Below the pieces are notes generated by a model. It ran no database searches, was not told the DNA's origin, and worked only from the letters and a program-made list of their open reading frames with translations. Source: Mustelus asterias (taxonomy: Eukaryota). From it: DNA of 64,000 bases. A program made the position numbers and the translations under genes. Positions 1-12,617 of this stretch are shown in pieces. The stretch spans positions 372,001 to 436,000 of the forward strand of contig NW_027590160.1 in the NCBI RefSeq assembly GCF_964213995.1. The letters run 5' to 3'. Within the stretch, counting starts at the first letter, position 1. The number at the start of each line of letters is the position of its first letter.

Positions 1-72
1 ATGGAATATAATGTAGGACAATGTAAATTTATTCACTTTGATAGGGAAAATAAAGGGGTGAATATTATTTAG

Positions 73-399
73 ATCATAGAAATCCTACAGTGCAGAAAGA
101 GACCATTCGGCCCATCGAGTCTGCACCGACGACAATCCCACCCAGGCCCTATCCCCACATCCCTACATATTTACCCGCTAATCCCTCTAACCAGGACACG
201 AAGGGGCAATTTTAGCATGGCCAATCAAACTAACCCGCACATCTTTAGACTGTGGGAGGAAACCGGAGCACCCGGAGGAAACCCACGGAGACACGAGGAG
301 AATGTGCAAACTCCACACAGACGGTGATCCAAGCCGGAAATCGAACACAGATCCCAGGAGCTGTGAAGCAGCAGTGCTAACCACTGTGCTACCGTGTCG
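73..399 (-). mobile_element. tRNA-derived V-SINE (HE1-like)
   Basis: Reverse complement has a tRNA-like head, the V-domain TGTGTGGAGTTTGCACATTCTCC...GGGTGCTCCGGTTTCCTCCCACAGTC and a CR1-like tail with (TTCTATGA) repeats. Confidence 0.9.
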
Positions 400-524
400 T
401 TCCGATGGAGAAAAACAGCAGAAACTGTTGCAACATGAGATATAGGGATCATTGTACTTAATTTACTGAAATCTAGGATTCCTGTTGAACAGGTAAAATA
501 TAATTCAAGTGGAATGTTAATCAT

Positions 525-1335
525 TGTGACGTAATGCAAATGGGAGGCAATACATTTTGAAAGGTCTAATATAGAGAGGAAATAAACAGTAAATGGCAGG
601 ACCCTTAAGAGTATTGATAAGCAGACGGCTCTGGGTGTACAGGTACACAGGTCACTGAAAGTGGCAACGCAGGTAGATAAGGTAGTCAAGAAGGTATACG
701 GCATGTTTGCCTTCATCGGCCGGGGCACTGAGTTTAAAAATTGGCAAGTCATGTTGCAGCTTTATAGAACCTTAGTTAGGCCGCACTTGGAATATAGTGT
801 TCAATTCTGGTCTCCACACTACCAGAAGGATTTGGAGACTTTGGAGTGGGTACAGACAATATTTACCATGATGTTGCCTGTTTTGGAGGGCATTAGCTAT
901 GAGAAGAGGTTGGAGAAACTTGGTTTATTCTCACTGGAACGACGGAGGTTGAGGGGCGACCTGATGGAAGTCTAACAGATTAAGTGGCATGGACAGAGTG
1001 GATAGTCAGAAGCTTTTTCCCAGGCTGGAAGAGTCAATTATTAGGGGGCATAGGTTTAAGGTACGAGGGACAGGGTTTAAAGGAGATGGACGAGGCGAGT
1101 TTTTTACACAGAGGGTGGTGGGTGCCTGGAACTTGCTGTCGGGGGAGGTCGTGGAAGCAGATACGATACTTACATTTAAGGGGTGTATGGACAAATACAT
1201 GAATAGGATGAGAATAGAGGGATATGGTCTCCGGAACGGTAGAGGGTTTTAGTTCAGTCGGGCAGCATGGTCGGTGCAGGCTTGGAGGGCCGAAGGGCCT
1301 GTTCCTGTGCTGTAATTTTCTTTTTTCTTTATTGT
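525..1335 (+). mobile_element. CR1/HER1-like LINE, 5'-truncated 3' end
   Basis: RT C-terminal motifs LYRTLVRPHLEYSVQFWSPH and LFSLERRRLRGDL; 3' UTR GGCCGAAGGGCCTGTTCCTGTGCTGTA; nested in an older CR1 that continues to about 1960. Confidence 0.9.
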
Positions 1336-2189
1336 TTCAAAAGGAATGGAGAATAAAAATAGAGACGTCTTGCTGAAATGATAAAGGCACCAGTGGGATC
1401 AAACCTGATGCACCGTGAAGATGTTCCCTTTTTAAAAGTAAATATATACTGGCATTGGAGGCAGGGCACAGAAGGTTCACGAGGTTGATCCTGGGTCAGA
1501 ATCGATTTTCATATGAGGAGCGGTTGAATAATTTGGATCTGTTGTCACTGGAGTACAGCAGAATGAGAGGAGGCCTTATTGAGAAGCAGAGAATTCTCCG
1601 AAGGGGCTTGAGAGGGTAGATGCTGAGGAGTTACTCCCACCCTTGTGGGAAAGTATAGGGTCAGAGGCACATAATCTCATAATAAGGGGGTCACCTATTG
1701 AAGAGCGATGAGGAAGAACTTGTTCTCTCGGAGGTAGTGAATCTATGGAATTCTTTACCGCAGAGGGCTGTAGTGAATCGTTAAATGTGTTGAAGGCTGA
1801 TGTGGACAGATTAGTAATCAATAAGGGAATAGCGGATTATGGGGAGAAGGTGGGAAAGTAGAGTGGAGAATAACCATATCAGATTAATCATCAACTTATT
1901 GAATGTCGGAATCGGCATTTCCATGGACTGAATGGCCGGTTTCTGCCCCTGTGTTGTATGATGCGCGGTGTGACTCCATCTCAACTTAATATCACCACCT
2001 TTAATTCATCGTTCATTCATCAATTTATCAATTTCCACTCTAAAACAATTTTATAGACCCTGACTGTTTAGTTGGTTGAGTTACGAATCAGGTTAGACCA
2101 GAAACACACTGAATAATAAATATTGACTTTTACACTTACACTTGAAATAGACACAGAGACTCACTTATCGCTTCATTCTCTCTACTTAC

Positions 2190-2498
2190 CTTCTTCCTTG
2201 TGGATGAAACTTCTTAAAGGAGTGGGCAGATCCTGATGGTTTACCACGCATTCAAACAGAGCCCCACTCAGCCAGGCTTGTGTCGAGATGTTTAAGTTGC
2301 TGACCACGCTGTCAGGATCCTCTCCCGTTTTTTCGGCAATCTCTGATTTCAGATACTTCTTTTCTCGGATCCAGGACACGTTGACTCCATAAGGAGCATT
2401 AGAAATGATGCAGGTAAAGGTAACAGTCGCCTCCAGTAAGACCTGTTCTATTGATGGTTGCAGAATCGTCACTGTGGAATCAGTGCAGTGGGAAGAAT
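2190..2498 (-). CDS. IGHM: IgM heavy chain constant exon Cmu3
   Basis: TTCCCAG acceptor and GTAAG donor; 309-nt phase 1/1 exon; DSSHCTD...[13 protein letters not shown]...VSW...[20 protein letters not shown], a shark Cmu3-type C1 domain. Confidence 0.93.
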
Positions 2499-2865
2499 CT
2501 GGGAATGGAAAATGAAAATCAACCCAATCTTCAGAATCAAGACAGCAATATTCAGTCTTCAATCTCTAAATGGGAATAAATCAACTCCCAGGTATCAACC
2601 ACTGACCATCACCTTTACTCTTTTCTACACGACGGAAAACCAGCTTCTTGTGTGAAAATTATTCTCATTATTCAACTCGTTCGGCCTGTATCAGTCTAAT
2701 GAATCAGCATTGCAGTATTCCCAATGCAAATATACCTTTCCTGATCTCAGGAAGTACAGTAAAGTAAAGGTTTTTCTGTACTTTATACGAACTTCAATGA
2801 AATTCTGATTTTGATTATCTTCGGACTGCAAAATGATTCATTGCTTCTTGATTTGCGTCTCTTAC

Positions 2866-3180
2866 CCGAAGATGTGGTGATGTTTCGACTTTGGGTGAGC
2901 CCTTGATGAGTGACCTGGCAGGTATAGACTGCTTTGCTAAACCATTCCCCAGGGGAGACTGTCAGCAGACTGCTCGCTGAGAAGTTTCCGTTCGCTTCCC
3001 AGGCGGGGGAGCTGACAATTCTTGAATCCATGGACTGTCCATTCTTCAGCCACTTCACTGTGATAGATCTTGGATAGAAATCGATGTTTGAACAGACGAT
3101 GGTTGCCAATTCCCTGCGTTTGATTTCTTCACTGGAACTCACGGTGAGGATAACGGTTGGAGTGATGTCATCTTTAGAAC
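2866..3180 (-). CDS. IGHM: IgM heavy chain constant exon Cmu2
   Basis: TTTGAAG acceptor and GTAAG donor; 315 nt; [13 protein letters not shown]...[18 protein letters not shown]...[13 protein letters not shown]. Confidence 0.93.
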
Positions 3181-3385
3181 CTTCAAAAAACTTATGTTAG
3201 TCATTTATTGTAGGAGAAATTAACAACAAATAAAAGGCATTTTATTTTAACAATTCATTTGCAGTCAATAGACCTGGATTTTCCAGGGGTCAGGACTATG
3301 CAGACTACTATAAATGAGTTTTAACCAAGGCCCAATACAGTTTTGTCATAGCAGTTCTCTTTTCCCCTGGTTCCACAAAACTTAC

Positions 3386-3685
3386 ATGGCATTTCAGTTC
3401 TCTTGTCTGAGCCGCTGTGTTGAACCTCACAGTTGATTTTGCTGCATTCTCCCTCTGACTCGGTGATGGTTAACTGGCTGATCAAGGTGTAGGTTCCCTG
3501 CGTGTTTCTCACTGACGGGTAAGTCTGAAATCCAGTGGCGATCGGCTGCCCATTTTTCTTCCAGGTCAGTTTGGTGACCTCTGGAGAGTAGTCCATCGCC
3601 AAACAGCCGTAGGTGACGGAACCGTCGGTGTTGTGTTGCTGACAGGAGGAGACCAATCCGTAGAGAATAGGCGGAGAGTGTGTCA
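3386..3685 (-). CDS. IGHM: IgM heavy chain constant exon Cmu1
   Basis: TTTCCAG acceptor and GTAAG donor; 300 nt; [13 protein letters not shown]...[10 protein letters not shown]...WKK...TYPSV...CEVQH, typical of shark Cmu1; splices in frame to JH. Confidence 0.95.
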
Positions 3686-4482
3686 CTGGAAAAGAATGGC
3701 CGATTGAACAAGTTAGAATCTGTCAATTGTGATTAAGATATCACACAACTTACAATATGCATACAGTTATAAAACTTATTGTTATACTTATGCATTTAAA
3801 CTTACACCTACATTTGAGATTCTATTAGTTCTATCTTTTGGGAATCATCACTTGTGTGTTCCCTCTGTAGAAACACACATTTCTTTCCCCGTCTCTATCA
3901 AAGCACAATAAAATGATATTTTGATGTTATCTGAATGATGTACATTGTATGGGATTAAAGAGAAGAGCAGAGATTTTCTATATTTTTTCAGCCACTAGTT
4001 GTTTCTCAATCAACAGTACTTTGTGATGAAGAGGTTGTCTCTTCCTTTATATTGTTGCAGCTTTGGAAGTTGTCTGTTTTGAAACTGACTGATTCTCCCT
4101 CCTCTCTCCCCCTCAGCAGCCCCACTCCCCAAAAGAAAGAGTAGAGACAGCAAGTTCATGGATGAGCTGACTGTGGTGTTAACTCCACGTTGGCTCTTTC
4201 CAATCAGCAGCTTTCTCTCCTTTCTGCTGTCTCCTTCTGCTTTTTCCCCCGGCTCTTTGCACTTTCCAACAGGCTCTCTGCCATTTCCTCTGGCTTCCTC
4301 TGACAGTGGGTGCTTCCCCCACCCCCGGCTCTTTACTGTTTTCCCTGTTCATGAGACCCATGCACTTCCCTCCAGCTCTCTGCATTCCCTGGTCATGCTC
4401 CCGCAATTGGCATCACTTGTCTTCCGACCTCTCTTCAGTTCTTTCTTCCTCTCTCATTGCAGGCACACATCCCCCACCGAAT

Positions 4483-7129
4483 AAGTGACTGAGAGTGAGA
4501 GATTGTGTGTCAGTGAGTGAGGGTGGACTTGTCAGACTGAGTGTGTGAGGGTGGGTGAGTATCTGACAATGGGTGAGTGCCTGTGGTCGAGGGTGAGTGA
4601 ATGAAAGTGGGAAATGACTGACGGTGAGTGATGAGGGAGAGTGAGTGAGCGTGAGTGAGGATGGGTAAATTTGTGAGGTTGAGTGATGCGAGCAAATGAT
4701 TGTGAGTGAGTGAGGTGGGTGAGTGAGCGTGGGTGTGACAGTGAGGGTGAGTGTGTGAGGGAGGGTGAGTGAGTGAGGGTGTTCGAGGGAGAGTGAGTGA
4801 CGGTAAGTGATTGAGGGTGGATGAGGATGAGTGAGGGCGAGTGAGTTAGGGTGAGTCGGTGAGTGAGGGTAGGTAAGTGAGGTTAGGTAAGTGAGAATGA
4901 GAGCGCAAATGTGAATGAGGGCGAGTGAGTGTGGGTGAGTGTGTAAGGGTAACTAAGTGCGGGTGGATTAGTGCGGGTGAGTGTGTGTGAGCGATGGTGG
5001 GTGAATGAGGGTGGGTGAGTGAGGATGGGCGAGTGAGAGAGGTGAATGAGCATGCATGAGTGAATGATCATTCCCAGTTACTCCAGGTCCGATGTCAGAG
5101 AATGTGTTTTTTTTTCCTGTGATGTGGGAGCCGCTGGCTATGCCAACATTTATTTCCGATCCATAATTGTGAAGATTTTAGTGAGCTGCCTTCTTCAACA
5201 ACTGTAGTCAGGAGGCAGTTACAGGATTTGAACCAGCCACAGTGAAGGAACGGTGATATGTTTCCAAGTCAGAATGATGAAAGGCTTGTCGGGGTATTTC
5301 CAGTTTTTGATGTTCCCACGTATCTGCTGTCCTTGTAGATGGTTGAGCCCTGGACACTATCTCGAGGAACTCCCGCAGTGAGGTCCAGGAGCTGAGATAA
5401 TTGCCCTCCAACTACCTAATACATCTTCCATTATGGCAGGTATGTCTCCAACCAGAGGAGAATGTTTCTTCTGACTCCCATTGGCTCCAGTTTGCATGGC
5501 TATTTTGATGCCACACTCTGTCAAATGCTGTCAAGGACAGTCACTCTCATCTGTGTGTTGAAGGGAAAGTGTGGGCAGTGTGTGGGTGCATGCGTGTGTG
5601 TGTGTGTTTGTGCGTGAGAGAAAGAGAGAGAGAGCAATAAAGTTCATGTTTGAATGTGGGTGAGAGCGACAGCAGATGTGTATGAATGAGAGAGATGCCT
5701 GCGTGAGGGTGTGCGTGAGCAAGAGTGTATGTCAGACAGTGATTATGTGCGAGTGATTGAGAAGGAGAGGCAATGTTGTGTAAGAGAGTGTGTGAACGTC
5801 AGTATGTGTGAGAGAGAGAGTGTGTGAAAGAGAAAGAATGTGTGTTTTTGAAGAGCGGTTGTGAATGTGAAAGTGTGTTTGAGAGTGCCTCTGTTTGAGA
5901 GATAGGGAGTGTGTTTGAGAGTGTTTGTATTTGAGATATAGGGACTGTGTGTGAGAGTGTCTGTACTTGCGAGACAATGACTGTGTGTGAGAGAGCGAGG
6001 GTGTGCACATGATAAACTATCAGCATAAGATAGAGTGTGCATATATGAGCGACTGTTTGTGTGAAAGAAATTATGTGTGCGACAGAGAGACAAAGTGTGA
6101 GGGAGAGAATTTGTGAAATCGAGTGTGCGTGAGAGAGAGAGAGTGTGTGTGTGAGAGTAAGTATGAATGTGTGAGGGAGTGTGTGTGAGAATATGAAGGG
6201 GAGAGAATCTGTGTGTGTGACAAAGTGCGTGTGTGAATGTCTGAGAAAACATTTGAGAGAATGTTCGTGAAAATGCGTTGTTGAGAGAGAAAGGAATGTG
6301 TGTTTGAGCGCAAGATTCTGTATGTGAGATAATTTGTTTGTGTGAGTGTGTGTGTGAGAGAGAGAGACTGCTTTTGTGTGTGAGAGATAGAGTGTGTGAG
6401 CGAGTGACTGTGCGAGAGAGTTGTGTGAGGGAGATCGTGTGGGAAATAATGTGTGTATGACAGAGTGTTCCTGTCAAAGAGAGAAATGGAGTGTGTTTGC
6501 CAGAGACAGTGGTTTTGAGAAAGTTTTCAGATGAGAGACAGCTTATGAGAGAATGAGTGCATGAGAGAGCGCGCATATGTGACAATGTGTGTGAGAGAAA
6601 GAATATGTTTGCGAGAGTGGGAGTTTGTGTGTGAGAGAACATGTCTGTCTGCCATAATGTGGAAATGCCGGCGTTGGACTGGGCTGGGCACAGTAAGAAG
6701 TCTCACAGCACCAGGTTAAAGTCCAACAGGTTTATTTGGAATCACCAGCTCACCTGATGAAGGAGCAGTGCTCCGAAACTCCTGATTCCAAACAAATCTG
6801 TTGGATTTTGACCTGGTGTTGTGAGACTTCTTATTGTCTATATGTGTAAGGGAGATAAACCATGTGTATTTGTGCGCGTGTTTTTGTGTGGGGGTGTGTG
6901 TGTATGAGAGACTGTGTTTGAGAGAGAGGCTGTGTGAGGGACAGTGTGTGAGAGTGCGATCATATGTGGGTGTGTGAGAAAGTGTATGGGAGAGCGAGAG
7001 TACTTCTCTGTGTGTGTGTGTGTGTGTAAGAGAAAGACTGTGTGAGAGAGTGAGTTTGTGTGTGGGTGTGTGAGAGAATTTATGGAAGAGCGTTGGTATA
7101 TATGGGTTTTCTGTGTGTAAGAGGGAAAC

Positions 7130-7176
<47 letters not shown>

Positions 7177-7260
7177 GTGTTTTTGAAAGTGGTTTGTGTA
7201 TCTGAGAGATATATGGTGGGGAGAGAGAGCACGCGTGTGTGCGTGTAATGTGTGTACGTC
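4483..7260. repeat. Low-complexity (GTGA)n/(GT)n/(GA)n tracts in the J-C intron, interrupted by an old LINE fragment (~5120-5550) and a Penelope-type end
   Basis: Directly visible degenerate GTGA/GAGA/GTGT repeats. Confidence 0.9.
6655..6837 (+). mobile_element. Penelope-type inverted-repeat end with minimal hammerhead core
   Basis: Imperfect inverted arms (AGAAGTCTCACAGCACCAGG...CCTGGTGTTGTGAGACTTCT) around CTGATGA-AGGAGC-AGT-GCTCC-GAAA at 6754-6778. Confidence 0.75.
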
Positions 7261-8644
7261 TTTGCTTGGCTCACTCCCAGTCTCAATATTCTCAATCAGT
7301 CTCACACTCACACTCCAATCAAACTCTCCCACTCTCACAGTGAGTGGGGTGAGTAACTGAGCACAACATGGCCATGGGTTGGATAAACATTTAAATCTTT
7401 CACAGAAATGCTGTTCACTGATTTGTAACAGAGTTAGACAATTGGATCTCACTCCAGCTTACTCATGACTCATGAAATGTGTAAAAGAACAATATTACAT
7501 TTTGAAACATTTATTCATTATGATGGATATATGGAGTGGGAGTCTCGTCATTATCTATTTAAGTTGTCAGAATAACTGGCAACTTCCCATCAGATCAGAC
7601 CAGGCTCCACTCTCTGGAGAGTTACTGTCACTTCCTGATACTGTTTATTCTGACATTGTGCTGACGCTCAGCTCACTTATATTCAATGAATTTCTAACAC
7701 TCAAAGTTCTTCAACAGAATTACTTCATTCAAATTAATGCATTTAGTTGAGAAATCTTGCTCAGATCAATTAACGTGCATCATTTTACCTGAGAAAGTGA
7801 AAATTTGATTTCTATTTATCGGGCTCGGGAACTCACAACTAGTTAGTTTGATGCTGATTCCGTTTAAAACTGGGAACAAATTCACATTCCTTCATGCAAA
7901 AGCTCCTGTCCTCTGCTGCTCTCGAGGTGCAAGATTGCTTTGATATAAAATGTAACTCCCACTACATTGTCCCATGAGATATGCCCGCGGGAGTGTTCAA
8001 TTCAGTTTCGTTAGAAATGCAACAGCTACAAGACACAATCAGAAGCTTGGAATCCGGTTATGAGTAATCCAATTCTCTTCGCCCAAAAGGATTTTGCTGC
8101 CTGCAAAGCAGGTCTGTGATTTGATCATTTCCACTTGGCTCAATAAGTGAAACGCGGGAAACTCTCAGAAATTCGGTACTGTCCAGGACAAAGAAGCCCA
8201 CAAACTAGCCCCCTGTCACCGTCTTGAACATTCATCCTCTCCACCAGGACGCACATGGCAGCACTGTATAACATATACAAGATGCACTGCAGCAACTTGC
8301 CAGAACCCCTTCTACAGTGTCTCCCACACCCACAATTTTCGTCACCAAGAAGTACAGGTGTATCAGATATTGGGAGCAGCTGCAAGTTCCCCTCCAAACC
8401 ACTGACCATTTGCACTTGTAAATAGAGCGCCGTTCCTTCACTGCCGCTTGGTCAAAATCCTGGAACTCCCGTCCATAAAATTGTGAGTGTTCGCACACCA
8501 CGTGGACTGCAGCAGTTCAAGGAGGCGAAACATAAGCATTTTTTCCAAAAGGTAGTTAGGTATAGACAACAAGCTCTGGCCTAGCCAGCCCCCTAAAATT
8601 CCATGATTGGATTAAAAATGTGCTAGACTGATTAAACCCCTACT

Positions 8645-8945
8645 GGCAGCACAGTGGTACAGTGGTTATCAGTGCTGGCTCACCGCGTCAGGGACTCGGA
8701 TTTGATTTCCGGCTTGGGTGACTCTATGTGGAATATACATGTTCTACTAGTGTCTGCTTCGCTTTCCTCCTGCTGCTCCGGTTTCTTCCCACAGTTCGAA
8801 AGACGTGTTGGTTAGGTGCATTGGCCATGCTAAATTTTCCCTCAGTGTATCCGAACAGGAGCCGAACAATGGTCACTAGGGGCTTTTCACTGTAACTTCA
8901 TTGCAATGTTTATTTAAACCTACTTGCGATACTAATAAATAAACA
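8645..8945 (+). mobile_element. Diverged V-SINE, second subfamily
   Basis: GGCAGCACAGTGGTACAGTGGTT head, decayed V-domain, different 3' tail ending AATAAATAAAC. Confidence 0.75.
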
Positions 8946-11856
8946 TTGCCCCATTAAATAGGCCAAAAACTGCTAAAGGAAGGATTGAAATAAAACAAAC
9001 CGCCCTCTGTACTTCCTAATTCAACATTCCCAAGACCGATACATCGCTGGTAAAAAATAACCAAATCTTCTTCTACAGTCTGCCTGACATTTCCGAATTG
9101 TTCTTTCTGACTGTCACAATCTGGGTTCGGGATCTCATTTCTGAGGCGCCTGGTCAAACATCAAGTCACACTTTCACATTCCTCGCAGATACAAGTTGAT
9201 CAACTTTCACTCCCTGAAGTACAGGAGAAGAAACCAGAAGGTCCACAACCAGTCAGGAAAGTGAGGACGCGCACAGAAACATGACACACACAAACGGTGC
9301 ACCAATCGAGCTCCGAGCAGATAGGTCTGTTTAATCAGCCAATTTCATTCAAACCGTTTGATTCTAATTGATCAATGGTTAACTTGCAATAACAAAAAAA
9401 TCAATAACCACTTTAAATATAAGCTGATATTCATTTCTAGACTCCAGTCGAGTCTCGTTGTCCGTCTGAAATCTCGAATACTGGGACAATGTAGCTTGAC
9501 TGAAATGGAGCACATCAAATCTAACAGATTCGTATTGAATGGGCGTCCGTAACGAAGACATAGTGATATGGTAAGAATTAAACACATCAGGAAATATTCA
9601 TGTTACAAACCGATACCCACTGATTTGCTCTGGTTCCATAATTAAAGTTTTTCAAAAAAATAATCAAAACAAAACAGCCTATTGAGCTGAGCACAGCTAA
9701 ATAAATAAAGTATTGTTTTCTAAGTTAATTTCAGGTGCAACTAAAATTCGTAAAATCTTTTGATATTTTGCACACCTGTGTACAACTCAATTGTAGAAAC
9801 TTGTTTATGTTGAATTACTCAGTACTAATATTATGTTGTAATTTATTATTAATCGTCTGTTAGTTTTGCAATGAGTTGCTTTGCACACTGTAATGAAAAT
9901 AATTTAAATAAGTAGGTTTCAAAAATCCAAACATTGTTTCTACTTAGAACTTTGTGGAATAATTGGGGTTTAATTAAAATACCCAAACAATTCAACAGTA
10001 TTAAATAATACATTTCAAGACAGTGGATGGAAATATTGAGACATGTATATTACTTTTGCTTAACTTCATTCACATTTGAATGTTTTGCTTTTTGTACTTT
10101 TACTCCATATGTCCCGATTTAACTTTCAAAAAATAAAAAATGTTTATTTTTGAGCGCATTGGTAAATCATAAAATCAATATTTTAAACATTGTATATAAT
10201 ATAGATATCTCAGCAGTTTGTCATGAATAAAAGTGTTTATTAGAGTTAATAACACTGACTATCGCTGTATCTTATTAATTATATTGTTCCATTGAAGATG
10301 ATCCAGTTTAATGACTGTAAAACCTGATCAGAACAACTCATTAGATCGCCTGTGGCACTGAAGCATGATGAACAAATTGAGACTGTATTTTGTTGTTCAA
10401 TTAAATATTTAATATGAATCAAGTATAAGGCTCAGGTATAATCTGTTCTTCTATCATGTCATGGTTTCCACTTATAATTATGTCTCGTGTATAGCACATG
10501 GACAAGAGACAGGATGTTATTATTAAATGCAAAGTTAATTCAACCTTTTGCAGTTGAATCAATCTGTTTAAATTTCAAGCTTCCTCTTTTCACTCTCTAG
10601 TGATATGCAGTCTGAACATTCCTACAAAGCAAATAAAATCATCTGAACAATTTCTTAACTACCAGTGACTTCCACCTCTCAGAAAATTTCTTAAGATCAG
10701 AATTTTGATTCTTTCAATTATATTAATTTGATACTAACAGTAGCGATAGTATTGTGAGCAGGTGGAACATGTCTGACGAATTAGTCTTGAAACTTCACCG
10801 CATTTTATTCATATTGGCTCATATATCAAACATTTTAAGCATTAATATTTGAAGTGGATGGTAAAACCTGTCGCCATCGGATGACACCGAGATGAAATAT
10901 TGCACAAATGCCAAACTATGTTGTGAACGAGCGTCGTAAACGGTGGCTTCGTTTAATCATTGAAAATGTATAAATGCACTAACAGCCTGTTTACTGTCCA
11001 CAATCGTGCTTCAAGCAGTTTCAAACGCTTATATTTTCTGTATGAAACAGAAAACCTGTAACCGCTCAGTGGCACCTAGATTAAATAACGCAGAAACTCC
11101 AAACCGTTTCAAAAATTCTACATATTCGAATTCATTCAAACTCACAATCTATTCATCGCAAAAAACACCAAATTATATCACTGAGGGATTCAAACACGTT
11201 TCATTTAGAAGCAGTTCAATTCTACAATTGATTTCCAGCAAAATCAAATGCAACATTGCAAGGAAATCTCAATCTCGAATCTACCAAATCCATCTGCTAC
11301 CAAGTGAATGGATAGTTTAGCAAAACATAAATATCAGCATTGTGGGTAAGCGGGACAGGTACAGTAAATTAATATAGAAACCTCAGTATATTTTGTTAAC
11401 ATTGGGTTAGTTTACAAATACTTATACTGTTGATGGTACAACCTGCAGCCATCAGATGACACTAGATTAAACCTCGTAAAAACGCCAAACGGTTTACGAT
11501 GCTTGGGGAACTGGTGACATAGTGGTACTTTCACTGGGCGAGTAATCTCGAGACCCAGGGAAAGATCTGGAGCCCGAGATTTGAAACAAATGGAGGTAGA
11601 ACAATAAAACAATAAAACTCTGGAATTATCCCACATCCCATCGGAGATTATTTTCTAAATAAGCGACACAGTATCCTCAGCAGATAAATACCAAATCACA
11701 AGAAAGGAATGAATTCCATAACCCCTTTTCAGCAGAATCACATTGCTAAAATTTCTCAGTTCAGATTCCACAAAACCCACATTACAGGTAAAACAGATAA
11801 AAATATTGAACAAAAACATAAATGAAGCTGTTACCGAATAAATGCATGGTTCTTAC

Positions 11857-11904
11857 CTACAGTCACCACCACCATGGTCCCTTTTCCCCAGTCGCCGAAT
11901 AAAT
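11857..11904 (-). CDS. IGHJ: IgH joining segment JH
   Basis: Encodes LFGDWGKGTMVVVTV (WGxG motif) followed by a G|GTAAG donor. Confidence 0.95.
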
Positions 11905-11943
11905 CACAGTGTTACAATACCTGGGCTGGGTCATACAATAACC
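11905..11943 (-). other. 23-bp-spacer RSS 5' of JH
   Basis: + strand CACAGTG (11905-11911), 23 bp, ACAATAACC (11935-11943). Confidence 0.95.
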
Positions 11944-12259
11944 GTCCCTGCTCAGAATAGACAGATATCGACAATTACTTTAAATATTCACAAAATCTAC
12001 CAAAGTAAAGTCACCATGAATTTTCATATAATTGCAGCTTTTATATTATTTCTTCTTCATAATTGGCACAAATATTTTAGATTTCATAGAAGAACACGTG
12101 AGCATGTTATTGTAAACTGATAACTGAATTACTCTGACAGATCTCCCATGTTAAAATGTGCTATTTGACGAGTGTTGGACATCAACAACCCTTCTCTGCA
12201 AATAGAGTTGGGTTGTAAAACTGAGCACCGACGCAATCTCAGTCGATTACTGCTGAGGA

Positions 12260-12287
12260 GCTTTTTGTATTGAGAGAAATTGCTGTG
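12260..12287 (-). other. 12-bp-spacer RSS 3' of the germline-fused D
   Basis: Minus strand CACAGCA, 12-bp spacer ATTTCTCTCAAT, ACAAAAAGC. Confidence 0.9.
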
Positions 12288-12617
12288 ATACCCGGTAATC
12301 ACTACCACTGCTGTGTCTTGCACAGTAATAGTTGGCGGTGTCTTCAATCTTCAGATTGTTCATTGTCAAAGCGAAAAAGTTGTTTGAAGTGTCTTTGGAC
12401 GCAGTAAATCGGCTCTGAAGGATTGGGGAGTACCGTTTATCCGATGGAGAATAGTAGTGAACCAACCACTCCAGCCCCTGTCCGGGAACCTGTCGGATCC
12501 AGTGCATGACGTAACGATCAAGATCGAAGCCGCTGGTTTTACAAGTCAGTCTCAGGGAGCCACCGGGACGCCCGCTCTCTGCTTCTGGCTGAGTCAAGAT
12601 AACCTCCGACTGGACAC
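12288..12617 (-). CDS. IGHV: IgM VH exon fused in the germline to D-derived sequence (VD/VDD-J configuration)
   Basis: ACACAG acceptor; [31 protein letters not shown]...[15 protein letters not shown]...[11 protein letters not shown]...[10 protein letters not shown], then 28 nt (HSSGSDYRV) directly to a 12-RSS; no V 23-RSS. Confidence 0.93.

Noticed and set aside
2724-2731. Octamer ATGCAAAT as an Ig enhancer
   Set aside because: A single 8-mer in a short C intron is expected by chance, and there is no supporting motif cluster
4158-4488. Extra exon or gene in the J-C intron
   Set aside because: Pyrimidine/purine-biased sequence with no recognisable domain or convincing splice sites
5743-7452. 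Long His/Thr/Ser/Leu-rich ORFs (299 aa, 204 aa)
   Set aside because: Translations of CA/CT simple repeats with no domain signal
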